A stretch of 63,704 nucleotides of DNA, filler included, from Collodictyon triciliatum (GCA_043381765.1; 36 parts of 36 records of this genome joined end to end with filler, not necessarily neighbours in it); one strand, 5' to 3'; shown: positions 14,395-27,290, counted from the whole stretch's first letter. Notes: generated by a model from the sequence alone, not told the origin. Made by a program: numbers and translations.

Positions 14395-15713
14395 ATTTGT
14401 CATCACTGCCTTCGACCGCCTTTGTTCCTTCCATAACACGCCTTGTGGAGTTACTCGATTATCATGAAAATTTGAATATACTGGTATGCATTTATGTATT
14501 CATAAGGCAATATCTTTCGATTCTCTTTCCTGCTGTTTATAAAAGTGAGGGATTATGTTGGATAATTTACCATGTGTAATTTTTGTGGGTTTTTTCTTTT
14601 CTTTTTTAGTTACGTATTGTTTTGATGGTTTTTTGGAAGCTTTATTTTGAAGAATTCACGAATAATTGGTTTATAATTTTGAAGATTTATCATATTTCCT
14701 TCTTTATTGAATTACAATAAACTAGAAAAGAAATAATAATAAAAAAGGAGGCATCATAACTCTTTTTTATCTTAACATTGATGCATATTTATCAGAGTCA
14801 CCCATATTTACTTTCACTCTGTATTCATTCAATGAACTTTCTTACATGCCTAAATATCCTGAATTTATCCAGAGAGAAGCCGCATGGGCCCTCAGTATAA
14901 TCCTCTCTTCATCCTCAGAGTACACTAGCCTAACAATCGAACTGAACATTATACCCAAAACCATGGTTCTATGTTTTTGTAATGACGAGGATGTCAGAGT
15001 CAAGGTCATCTTTACATTTAACTATCCGATATAGTTGTTTCATTTTTCCTGGTTTCAGAAGCACAGATCTATTAAATGCGCTTGTTTAACTCAGCCCGTT
15101 TTTGTAAAAGAAAAAAATCATAAAGTTTACGTGCGCAGTGATGATGTCAAAATTGACCCATTCTCCAAATAGGCATTAAATATTTTGGGTAATATTGGAG
15201 GAGAAAGTGTTAGAATGAGAGACATTCTCCTCTCGACCGATTGTTTTTCAAGGTTGCTTACCATCTTTGATACGGAAGCTCCACTATCTGTTTGCAGACA
15301 AGCCACTTGGGTGCTTTCCAATCTTTGTCGTGGAAATCCTCGTCCAGTTTTGATTATTGTAAGAAAAAAAAGTTTATTTCACTTTCCAATACAGTCATAT
15401 CTTTTTTTTTTCTCCACTTCCAAAAGAAAAAAACTTTGCGTTGGATATTTGCTTTCATTACCCATAGCAAGACGTTTTTTTTTTTTTTTTGGACTCGTGT
15501 TTAAAAAAACCCCAAAAAATTTTTTTTTTTTTTTTTCTTTTATTACCCATATCAATACTTTTTTTTTTTTTTTTTTTGGACTCGTGTCTAACAAAACCCC
15601 AAAACAACTCTCATGATATTCTCAAAGACACATCTTACATTCCCATCACATTTCCATAGTTGGCACCTGCGGTTCCTGTTTTCGCAAATCTCATTTTTGG
15701 AGCTGATGCACAG
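14395..15713 (+). CDS. Importin-alpha-like armadillo-repeat protein, internal exons
   Basis: PEFIQREAAWALSII, ALNILGNIGGESVRMRDILL and RQATWVLSNLCRGNPRP match importin-alpha ARM2-4 motifs. Confidence 0.85.
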
Positions 15714-15828
15714 GTTGGCTTACAAAAATTACAACTATACATATGTTAGCCGCTTCCATCATATGAATGCCTTCTCTCTCGCCAATTGCATAATCTGGCC
15801 AAAATTTGATGATTCCCGCGAATAATCA

Positions 15829-15889
<61 letters not shown>

Positions 15890-18155
15890 NNNNNNNNNNN
15901 NNNNNNNNNNNNNNNNNNNNNNNNNNNNNNNNNTTAATTAATTAANNNNNNNNNNNNNNNNNNNNNNNNNNNNNNNNNNNNNNNNNNNNACCGACTCAGC
16001 GCGTCTGACATCCTGTTTGGCCCACAATACCAAATGACCCACGACTCTAGAATACTCTGGACAGTCACAAGGGGACATATGCTGTGGTACTTCTGGGGTG
16101 TGCATGCATTCTCTCGCTCCAGTGTCCCGAAAGAACGATAAATCGATGTATCCAGGCTGGAAAACCTCGTGCAATACAGCTTCCTGAACAGCCTGCTGAA
16201 ACACGCCCGCATTCTTCGCTACTCTGACCGCAAGCGAAGAGAGATATGGGAATGTGTCGTGTGATATCTCCCACAGAATATGCAGCCCCTGCTACCCACG
16301 CAACCAACCAACCAGTTGGAACGCCCACCTGACCAACTCGCTATCACTGACTTCTTTCCAGTGCTACCCTCTCCACAATAGTGTCTTCTCTTACTCGCAT
16401 TTGCTCTCTTCCATGTGCACCTACCTTGCCTCTAGTATGGCTTAGCGAGTTCGCACTTTGAATTAAATTACGATGAAAAGTTACCCATATTCAACAATTT
16501 ATTCTCACCTCTTCGATGGCTCGTCACTGACTAAGCATTCTTTCTCTGGCACATCAGGCATATATCTCCAAACGAAAGCCATACCGCGTGCAAGGCGAAA
16601 TCTACCTAAACTCTCGTGCAAGATAAGAGACGGCATCACGCTATGCCCTATAATAACGAATATATCTAAATCTGGAATAATCGGTTCCCAATATTGGCTC
16701 CATATTCCATAAATAGCCAAAGACTAGGCGCGATATATAAAGGGCAGGTGGCCGGAATCTTCTAGTTCCTTCTGGGAATTCCCAACTTTCCACCAGGATT
16801 TTCTTGTATTTCCACATCAGGTACATTTCACCCCATCTTCGCCTTTCCGGTTTAGCCGAAAAAACCAAACGACACACTTTCGCGTGGGGGCGATTGGGTT
16901 TGGACTGAATCGACGCACAAGATTTGTGCGGTGTTTTGTTGGAGGATCTTTTAATGACAAGAGGCGAAAGTAAGTGAGAGACAAAAACAAGAGAAAGAGT
17001 GGGGCAGGATGACGATTTCGCTTGAGTGATGCTGGGCCATGGAATGGGGCTGGTCAAGTTCTTTCTGCTTCGGAGAGCCTTCTTGACAAACTTCAAGTCT
17101 CATTCTGTTCATTTTTTTCTTCTATTTTTTTTTTCTTTTTTTCTCCTGGAAGTTGGTGGGCAATCTGGAGCATTCTGTCACAGCGAAAAGCGAACCACAG
17201 CGTAGAGAACTGTTGGACGGGTGACATGAACCTGTCTAGTAAAACAAAGAGATAGAAAAAAAGCCATGTGCCTGCTTCGCATGTTGGACGCGTCTCTAAT
17301 AAGCGCGCATTCGACCTTGTCAGCCTTTTTTGTGTGTTTTTTTATATGTTTTTTGTGTTTGATTTTTTTTGCTTGGCGTTATCGGATCGTATCGCCCGAT
17401 CACAAAATTTTCTCGTGATTTTTCGTTCCCAAACATGTGGTTATCTTCACCCAAGACCAAACCACGCTATAGGCTGTCTAGCTGTTTTTGATTTGTATTT
17501 GATTTTATAATTCCATGTGTCTGATGCGATGAGCAACTGCTTCGCAATCGCACACCGGCTCTTATCCTTTCTTTTTCTTTTTCTTTTTCTTTTTCTTTTT
17601 CTTTTTCTTTTTCTTTTTCTTTTTCTTTTTCTTTTTCTTTTTCTTTTTCTTTTTCTTTTCTTTTCTTTTCTTTTNNNNNNNNNNNNNNNNNNNNNNNNNN
17701 NNNNNNNNNNNNNNNNNNTTAATTAATTAANNNNNNNNNNNNNNNNNNNNNNNNNNNNNNNNNNNNNNNNNNNNAAAAGAATAAAAAAGAATAAAAAAGA
17801 ATAAAAAAGAATAAAAAAGAATAAAAAAGAATAAAAAAGAATAAAAAAGAATAAAAAGAATAAAAAGAATAAAAAAGAATAAAAAAGAATAAAAAAGAAT
17901 AAAAAAGAATAAAAAAGAATAAAAAGCCACTAAAATCAATCAAAATTGAAAAAAAGAGGAAACACTACTGATTTGTAAACAAAATTGTTCAATCATGCTG
18001 TTGAGAACTCTCTGAGGTTCTTTGTTCAGTCCATATGCAATAGTAATCTAATTATTTAAATTTTATATGACTGGTACACCTCTTTTTGCAAAAAAAAGTT
18101 TTTTGACGTGGGTTTATAAATCTTAATTTTTTAGAGCGTATTGCAATTCCTTTAC

Positions 18156-19338
18156 ATCTGATTTTGATACAGGTGAATAATTAAAGGGCAGAGGATATCT
18201 GTTTCTTGTAGAGCTTGAGCAGGATAGAATGCATATCTATATCGAAATGACAATAAGCAATTGTTAACAATTTTTATCGTCATCCCAATTTCGTATCTTC
18301 TTGAAGGCCAAATGCAAATAAACTATAAAAGGGACCCGTATATGGATTACTACGACATACTTTCTCATAGTCTGTCTTTAAAACCCAATTACAACTTCCC
18401 AGCAAATATCCAGACGCAACAGGCGTGATTGTAAACTTTGACAATATTTTCTACACGGTATACGAGATGTATGAGATGTATGAGATGACAAAATTCATTC
18501 ATGAACACCTAGCCATAATATTTCAGTTTCTTATTATATTTTCTTAAAAGAAGGTGGGTAGGAAAGTATCTGTAAAGCAAATATATTTGCACACACCACT
18601 TCCTCATTATAGCTCAGCGATTGAATTTTGCTAATACACTTTGACACATCTAGGTGCGAGTAGACTTCCCTCCATCCATCATCCACCTTGTCTCTATATA
18701 TATTTTTCTGGTCTATAAAGTTGAGCGACGATCGAAAGGCGATTGAAAGCTAATGATGAATCGGGTGACCTACCTAGATAATGATACAGTTTATACAATG
18801 CATACCTGGAGAAAGGCCGCTTTTCATTCTCTCTCTGACAAGTACGAAATTGATGCACAAGTTCCTCCATGGCCATCCTTTGTTGGCGAGATGCAAAATG
18901 TAAAGGGAATAATATGAAGTAAATGTAAAATAAAATATGATAATAATTCGTACAGTAAAAACATAAGACATAAAAAAAAAACCTTCCGTATTGCAACGTT
19001 GGCTCTGTGGCATAAATCTCCCCACGAAACCCTGAGTACTCGGTCAAGTACGGCAATGCAAGGAGGCTCGACCAATGAGACAGGAATACGGCGCGAATCT
19101 CGGCCGCGTCAATCTTTGAAAAGGCAGGAGCAAGCAAAGCGAGCCGCGACTCGTCATAGGCGCACGCAGAGCCGGCAGACTTTGCAGTCTCCTCCGCACT
19201 TTGACTTGAGGGAAAGTTACAGCCGATTGGAGAGTAGGAGAGTATTTGCGCAAAGTCGACAGGGCAGTCAAACAAGAGCGAGACGCCGCGGAAGTGAGCG
19301 TGAAGCGAAGGACTCTCTTCATTCGAGTTGATGCAGTG
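18156..19338 (-). CDS. INTS9: Integrator complex subunit 9, 5' part (spliced)
   Basis: VSLLFDCPVD, LLALPYLTEYSGFRGEIYATEPTLQYGR|MAMEELV, CISKIQSLSYNE and ITPVASGYLLGSCNWVLKTDYEK are INTS9 motifs. Confidence 0.93.
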
Positions 19339-19550
19339 CTGCGAGAGTAGAAGTTTTTTTTTTTTTTTTTTTTTTTTTTTTGCAAGGGAAAATTTGGGTT
19401 TTTTTTTTTGGGTTTTTTTTTTGTTTTTATTTTTGTTTTATATACTTTTNNNNNNNNNNNNNNNNNNNNNNNNNNNNNNNNNNNNNNNNNNNNTTAATTA
19501 ATTAANNNNNNNNNNNNNNNNNNNNNNNNNNNNNNNNNNNNNNNNNNNNT

Positions 19551-20385
19551 TAATAGGGAAAAAAAAAAAAAAAAAAAGTCGGAGTGGACGCAGGCAAGTT
19601 TAATTTGGTTTACATGGTGGATGAGACAGGTAAGAAGTTACGCTACACGGCACACCAAAGAAGACTTGATAGCGAACCTCTTAAAAATCACAAAATTCTC
19701 TTGCGCGAGAAAAAAGTAAATGTTTCAGGGATATGCATGGCAACAGGTTTACAAAGTGCTGTTTCTTTTGGTTCCATGACTTTTGAAGAGAATCAGCAGT
19801 TTGAGACATTAATACTATCTTTAATCAATTTAGAGACAGAACTGAGTTAAAAATTCATCCACGGTCGATTATGAAAAATTCCGAGAATATGTATCTATGA
19901 AATCAAAATACCAGTAGAATTATCCAGATTTTATGAACGAGTAACTTTCCGAAAGCTGAGATGGAGACACTATGTTAACACAAAAAGAAGTGGACAATTA
20001 TGCGTGGACCGAATCGAAAAGACATTTGGCAAGGATGTTGTACTGGCGTATGGAGGCTGGAGCAGAAAATGTCGGATGAAATATTTTATGGCAACAATCG
20101 GAAGAGGATTACGAAAAATACTATCCAAACGTTTTGATACCAGTAAGTGTAAATGGATTTAGAACCTCCAAGATGTGCTGCAACTGCGAAAAAGAACTGG
20201 AATAAACGAAACCGAAAGGAAATACAAAAAAAAAAGATGGTGTATAGATGTCTCATATGTAAAGAATGCATCGCTCAGAAAGCAAAAAAAGTGTATTCTT
20301 GACAAGGGACTTTAACAGCGCTAATAATATACTCAACAAAGTTCTTTTAATCCTTCAAAATATGTCTTCACCTTCCTCTAAATAA
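19551..20385 (+). pseudogene. Fanzor (eukaryotic TnpB-like RuvC nuclease, Fanzor1-like), C-terminal half, frameshifted
   Basis: Manual translation across ~5 frameshifts gives VGVDAGKFNLVYM (RuvC-I D at 19587), LRYTAHQRR, LETELS/NSSTVDYEKFREY, FYERVTFRKLRWRHYVNTKRS, TFGKDVVLAYGGWS, IGRGLRKILSKRF, VSVNGFRTSKMCCNC (RuvC-II position E>G at 20155, first CxxC), YRCLICKEC (second CxxC) and FLTRDFNSANNIL (RuvC-III D at 20308). Confidence 0.88.
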
Positions 20386-20565
20386 CATGTTGTTGAGTCT
20401 TTCCTGGCAGCCTCCAGCACCACATGACCTTTGTGAAAAAGTGATGAGACCTTGGGTACAAGCGGAACAATCTTTCGACTGGTATGATATTTCAGACGGA
20501 GAGTAAATATGAAAAGCTCAAAAAAAAAAAAATAGCCCGTCGGACTCATACCCTTTCGGCCATAA
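20360..20565 (+). ncRNA. Candidate Fanzor omega-RNA scaffold / element 3' end
   Basis: Position-based inference: non-coding tract right after the Fanzor ORF, with short complementary segments, ending in GC-rich ...GCCCGTCGGACTCATACCCTTTCGGCC before an abrupt switch to AT-rich DNA. Confidence 0.35.
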
Positions 20566-21493
20566 TTATATGATAAATTATGTACTATATATTACATACC
20601 ACATATCGTTATTCAAGCAAAACAAAAATAAGGTTGACAAAAAAACAAAAAAACAAAAAGACAAAAAACCACCAAAAAACCACCAAAAAAATAATAATAT
20701 CATAATGATCGAGCGCAACATCAGCAAAGGCAAAGATTCGCGAGTGGGAAAGGGAAAGAAATGTCAGTCGAGCTGCGAGTGAGCCAAGAGCTTGACTTAC
20801 ACACCCCGGGCCAGCGAAAAACAGACAGGTGAGCGACCCTTTCTAACCTGCCCTTCGATCGCGTTTCTTAGCGAGGATTTTACCTCCAGCTTACTTTCAT
20901 TTCACCTCTCCTATTATTCGGTTGAGAGCTTTTCTTCTTAACATTTTATTTTTTCCCGCCTATGCAAGAATTCACTTGAATTGTGCCCCCACATGGCTTC
21001 GTCCAGCACTTACACACTAAACCAATTGCAGGCTCAGCAAACGCACCATGTACGTTCTATGCAGCTGCATGTATTCAGACCACGCAGTTTTTTTCACTGG
21101 TCTGGCGGACGGGAAGATACTGGGATGGAGGTTCTGGAGTATTCAAAAAACAAAAAACAAAAAACAAAAAACAAAAAACAAAAAACAAAAAACAAAAAAC
21201 AAAAAACAAAAAACAAAAAACAAANNNNNNNNNNNNNNNNNNNNNNNNNNNNNNNNNNNNNNNNNNNNTTAATTAATTAANNNNNNNNNNNNNNNNNNNN
21301 NNNNNNNNNNNNNNNNNNNNNNNNTCACCTCACCTCACCTCACCTCACCTCATCTCATCTCATCTCATCTCATCTCATCTCATCTCATCTCATCTCATCT
21401 CATCTCATCTCATCTCATCTCATCTCATCTCATCTCATCTCATCTCATCTCATCTCATATCATATCATATCATATCATATCATATCATCTCAG

Positions 21494-22959
21494 TTATTGT
21501 CTCCTTCCCGCTCGTGGATGAGCCTGGTGTCGCTCTTCTGGCCTGGACCACAACACCCTGGACCTTGCCGTCTAACCTTGCTCTTTGCGTTAACCCTGAA
21601 TTCGAATATGTCCGACTTACAGGTCTGTGCCAGTACATGTTGAAATATCGTTACGAAGACCACCTTTATTTCTCCAAAAACATTCGACCTCAGCTTTTAA
21701 GTTGTAATTACCTGAGGGTTTCTTCGATTTTTAACATTCTATCTGGTGTGTAGATAACGCAACGAAGGGTACGTACATTCTTGCCCGTCTCCGCTTGGAA
21801 CAGCTTTACAAGTCCGAGAAAGAATACACGGTTAGTTTCATGATACCATTTTACTGGACTACTTATGCCTTATCTATGAAGTGGTTGAAGAAGCTTCTCA
21901 TTAACTTCTAATTGATATGTCGGTACACGACGCTCGTCTCACCCCGATTAATCTTTATATGAATATTTTTGCATGTAGATCATCGCCACTTGCAAGGGCT
22001 CCGATTTGGTGGGGAAGAAGTACACTCCCCTCTTCAACTATTTCTACGAGGTAATTTCGTCCTTTTTTGTTTTTTTAACTCTGCAGATAAATGAAAAATT
22101 GGGGTTTCACTTGCAAACGTAAATATTTTCCTACAACGTTACGGACTCGCCAACATTTGATACTCCTTCATTAAGGAATTGTAATTATACGAAAGGAATA
22201 CTCAATCACTATTACGCTTTCCTGAGCTTCATTCTCAATTCAAACTGTAGGACTACGCTGCTGCTGCATTCAGAGTGATTTCGGATGGCTACGTCACGTC
22301 TGACAGTGGTACTGGTATTGTCCACTGCGCCCCAGCATTTGGTGAGGACGATTACCGCGTTTGCCTTGCCCACAGCATCATTCAAAAGGGAGAGAACGTC
22401 CTGTGCCCGGTCGATGATAACGGAAATTTCACCAATCGTGTCACAGACTTTGTTGGGAAGCACGTCAAGGTGTGTTATTTTAGTGTGCCAATCTGTGTCA
22501 CCAAATAGAGCATTTGTGGCTATATGTCCTTGGACCAAACTCTTGAAGGATTGAAAAAGGAACCGTGGTCTACTTACTTTGTTTTATTTCTTATAACTCC
22601 TTTTGTACGCCTGATTTTCAGGCAGCTGATAAGGAGATTATCAAGATGCTCAAGACAAACAACCGTTTGATTAGCCAAGGCACAATTGTCCATAGTTATC
22701 CATTCTGTTGGAGGTACAATTCATGAAACCTGGATTCCTAACATTTGCCCATGGGAATAGACACGAATTTATCATTTAAATATACATGTTGATATTTTAA
22801 TCAGCGAATGCACTAATTTCTTCGCTTAGCCTGGATCATGCTGATGTTAAGTCTCTACAGGTCAGAAACACCGCTAATCTATCGAGCAGTGCCCAGCTGG
22901 TTTGTTCGAGTTGAGTCCATCAAGGAGCAACTTCTCCACAATAATACCCTTTCCAGATG
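21494..22959 (+). CDS. IARS1: Cytosolic-type isoleucyl-tRNA synthetase, internal exons (editing region)
   Basis: [46 protein letters not shown] and [26 protein letters not shown]. Confidence 0.96.
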
Positions 22960-23206
22960 GTATGTGACTATTTCCCCCCCCCCCCCCCCCCCCCCCCCCN
23001 NNNNNNNNNNNNNNNNNNNNNNNNNNNNNNNNNNNNNNNNNNNTTAATTAATTAANNNNNNNNNNNNNNNNNNNNNNNNNNNNNNNNNNNNNNNNNNNNA
23101 AGAAAAGAAAAGAAAAGAAAAGAAAAGAAAAGAAAAGAAAAGAAAAGAAAAGAAAAGAAAAGAAAAGAAAAGAAAAGAAAAGAAAAGAAAGAAAAAGAAA
23201 GAAAAC

Positions 23207-23417
23207 TCCCATACCCGAAAACAAACAGCCGATCTCGCCTAGCGTATTTACGTGCTGCTGAAGTTAACGACGCCGCTGCAGCCTCGAAGTAAGACTGCTG
23301 CGAGTTTGAAAACTGTGCGTGCGATACGCGTTTATTTGCGCCGATGTTCGCTTTGGCATCCGCTCGCTTCAGCCTCTTTGCAAGGAGCGGGACTCGCTCA
23401 GACTCTTCTTCGTGCAT
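23207..23417 (-). CDS. ChaC/gamma-glutamylcyclotransferase-like protein, first exon
   Basis: The ORF ends in LFVFGYGS, resembling the ChaC WVFGYGSL motif, just before an intronic microsatellite. Confidence 0.5.
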
Positions 23418-24111
23418 GGCAGCCTTCGTTCGAGCAGACTTGAACTACTGCGCTTCCTCTTCTTTACGCGTGCTCCCAACCCGCCTTCCTGAGGTTGTGT
23501 CTCTGATTGTTTGCAGCCTTTGTTTTGTGTCTGAATGGAGCGAAAGGACGTTATCGTCGTACTCTACCGATGAATCAAAGCAGATTGTCATTCATGCGGG
23601 AATATTTATGTGTGTGTATGAATATGTCTTTCTTTCTTTTCTTTTTTTTCACTCGGCTTTGCTTTTGTCTTGATTGGAAGCAGGCTTGGATATCGTATTT
23701 AGGCGCGTGAATGAGAATGAGCGAAGGCAGACAAAGTCCAAGCTGCAGCCACACAATCACACATCTGACAAAAATACAACAATAACTCACAGACATTATA
23801 ATGAAACACTGGTTCCATGCGTGCATCGACGTCTTCAAGATATTAAAAAAAAGAAGAAAAAAGAAGAAAAAAAAACATCCATATATTTCCTGATAATTTT
23901 GAACCTCGTGGCGGGCATAAGAAAAGGAGAACAAGAAGGCGGCTTTGTTTTGTCACGAGCAGCGCAGTAATTCACGAAGATGCGAAGTGCTAAGCAGATA
24001 CCCGGCACTCACACATGAAAAATCACGGAATGTCCTTTCCCAGAGACAGAAATAGGTCCCCACGCCATAAAAGCACGAAGCAAAAAAAGAAGAAAAAAAA
24101 AGAAGGGGGCT

Positions 24112-24677
24112 CTATTTACGCCCAAAGGTCGTTGCCAGAAACCCGATGAAGCCAGGACGCTCGGCGTGGCCATCGGAATTCTGGGTTGCTATTGGGAAGC
24201 CTTGCACATTCCTCACAACAGACGTGGGTGAAACCGGGCCGCTTGAGGGTGTCGATGACGAAGATGTTGTCAAGGCCGCAGCATTCGTTTGTGGCTGTGG
24301 GATAGGACTAACTGAGCCAACCACATTCGTTCCACTGCTTGTAACCCCGGATGGCATCGTCTGCGTAATAAGAATCGGCGACGCAGTAGATGACCGCATT
24401 CGGGGCGGAGGCGCTGGGATTGCTGAGACGGTGTTGAATGATGGAGGGGGAGGAAGTTGGGTGACAGGGACAGAGCTGAGCGTGTGTGGTTTTGCTGTGT
24501 GACTGGGTCCGACTACATAGTTGTAGTTTGCATGCGAGAATTGAGACGGAATCACGCGGCCTCGCGGGATGGGCGATATGACAAGCGTTTGCGAGCGTGT
24601 CTTTACGAAGTTTGGTGGGTGCGGAGAGGACCGGCCTTGCTCGGCGTCTGATTCATCAACAAGTGAGTATGAGGCAT
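24112..24677 (-). CDS. Terminal exon of an unknown S/T/P-rich protein
   Basis: Open GC-rich frame from near a poly-T/poly-A tract to a stop at 24112; low complexity, no domain recognised. Confidence 0.55.
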
Positions 24678-24683
24678 TCTTTT

Positions 24684-24777
<94 letters not shown>

Positions 24778-24903
24778 NNNNNNNNNNNNNNNNNNNNNNN
24801 NNNNNNNNNNNNNNNNNNNNNTTAATTAATTAANNNNNNNNNNNNNNNNNNNNNNNNNNNNNNNNNNNNNNNNNNNNAACCAGTCGTTTTTGGTTCTTCC
24901 AGC

Positions 24904-26358
24904 GTCTATGGCGACTCCATTTACATATTTGGAGGGGCTTATGATGCTGGCACAAGTAAACCGTCCAGTGATATCACCATCGTTGATCTAAGTAATTTAC
25001 TGAGTCCATAAAACATGTCGTCTGTTCAATCCATATGAAAAGGAGTTTAATTATTATGAGTTAAAAGACTCTACTTATGGCATACTTTGGTTACATTAAC
25101 AGCCTTTTTTGCATTAAAATATTTTTTATACAATTTTCTGTATATGTACAGAGACTTATGAAGTTACAGTTATCAACGGAGTGACGCCTTCATATCTCTC
25201 AAATTACCCTATTGTAACTCCGTCTCCTCGACACTATGCATCATCCACATTGGTTGGTAAAAAAATAGTCGTTTCTGGAGCTGCAAGCTACTGTTATCAA
25301 AATGACTTCTGGATTTTCGACATAGGTATCATTCCATAATTCGAGAACTTCATAGATTTTTAATTACTTCTGAAATCAAAATACTTTAACGTAAAAGATT
25401 TAATATAAAAAATAAAATAAATAGGCACAGAGAGTTGGACCAACAGCAGTCTATCGAGATACCCCCTTTCTAGGAGATATGGTCATCTATCAAAAATCTC
25501 AAGTTCTGAGATTCTTCTGTTTGGAGGTCAGGTGTGCTATTCATCCTACCAGCCGATAAATGACATGTGGATTTATCGAACAGGTAGTGCAAATATGTTT
25601 CTAAAAGCCACTAAATATGAATTTTTCATTATTTAATTCACCATCTTTAATTCAACTTATTACAGTCGCCTTAGCCTGATTATTTTAATCACAAATAGAT
25701 TCAAAGAAATGGAACTTGATTCACCGAGAATCGCTTTGTTCTCCAAGCCAGTCAGATTGCTCACCAGCGGTTCTATATGCTGTAACTTATAAGCATTCAA
25801 TAAACCACTTTATCATCAATTAAAATTTTACTCAAAATTAATGAATTTTTCTTAAGGCTTTTGGATATTGGAACACCCGTGCTTATCTTGTTGGTGGATA
25901 TATAAAAGATTACTACGGCCCCACGATGAAACAATTTTCATTCAGTATTATCTTTTGAAAATTTCATCATATGCCTAATCACAAATCTCATTACAAATCT
26001 CATTACAAACTTTACATAAAAAATTTATAGAATCAAAAAAATGGTCACTGTTGATGATGCCTGCTTCAGACCTTTACTATGAGATGGGAACAAGATATAG
26101 GGCGAGCTCCGTAATCAATAACAACAAACTACTGATATGGGGGGGATTGAATGTTGACTCTTCAGCAGTATTGAGTGAAAATATACTCGCTTTTGATATG
26201 GCTGAATCCCTTGGTCTTAAATGGGTTGGCGCGAGAAATTCTCCTCTACTGAGAGCTTATCCCCAAGGGTTCAATGTTCAGAATCAATTCTGTTTCTCCG
26301 ATTATATACTTCAAGTCACAAAAACACCTACTAGAGAAATGTGGTGTTGGGAGGAAGG
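24904..26358 (+). CDS. Kelch-repeat protein, internal exons
   Basis: PSPRHYASSTLVGKKIVVSG...NDFWIFD, RRYGHLSKISSSEILLFGG...NDMWIY and RYRASSVINNNKLLIWGG are kelch blades. Confidence 0.8.
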
Positions 26359-26790
26359 TATTTGAATTATTTTTATCCTAGGTGAGATAACATCAAATAT
26401 ATTGAAATTATTTTTGGATGAAATAAATATTAAAATTATTGCTTTTATTATCAAGGAGAAAATGTTTGGAATTTGGTGGGAAAAGTGCCAGCAAGTGTCT
26501 CTGATTACCCAGTGATTCTTGGATACGACGTTCATTATTTTATTTTTGGAGNNNNNNNNNNNNNNNNNNNNNNNNNNNNNNNNNNNNNNNNNNNNTTAAT
26601 TAATTAANNNNNNNNNNNNNNNNNNNNNNNNNNNNNNNNNNNNNNNNNNNNTTTTCTTTTTCTTTTTCTTTTTCTTTTTCTTTTTCTTTTTCTTTTTCTT
26701 TTTTTTTTTCCTTTTTTTCTTTTTTCTTCCAAATTATAAAAAAAAAATGAGTAACCAGAAGACTAAAGAGCCTTCACTCCCCAACCCCAG

Positions 26791-26904
26791 TCGATCCTTC
26801 TCGCACTCAAGAAGGCGCAGGAAACTATGGCGCTGCTTTCGCAAAACACGTTCGCTGAAGGCGAATTGAAGGCACTGAGCCAAGACTTCTACGAGCACCT
26901 GAAG
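26791..26904 (+). CDS. Short helical exon, weakly Mediator Med11-like
   Basis: AG...GT-bounded exon SILLALKKAQETMALLSQNTFAEGELKALSQDFYEHLK; the family resemblance is weak. Confidence 0.25.
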
Positions 26905-27250
26905 GTACATATCTGCGCGATGCAACGCCACTGCTTATCCACAGACTCACATACACGCACCCGGCTCAAAGACCGCACAGACAAAAGGGCTGGAAACGTC
27001 TGCCTCGCTCAAGGCTCTTCCACGGCTCACTCGCGACAACCTTCCGCCGCGCCAGGTCGGATAGTCCAAACCAATCAGCAAAGCAGCGTTGACTCTGTCT
27101 CATTCACAATACATCCACGTAGCTCATCACCGACGCAGACGACCAAGCGCAGCTGCTGCATCAAAGCCTCTGCGACATCACCCGAATCACGCGCAAATAC
27201 ACCCCGAATTGAGATAGATACTTACAATATTAAAGAAAAAGCAACATCGA

Positions 27251-27290
<40 letters not shown>

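Noticed and set aside
15990-17100. Protein-coding or mobile-element remnant on the minus strand
   Set aside because: Coding-like stretches are broken by stops and I recognise no family motif, so it is left unannotated.
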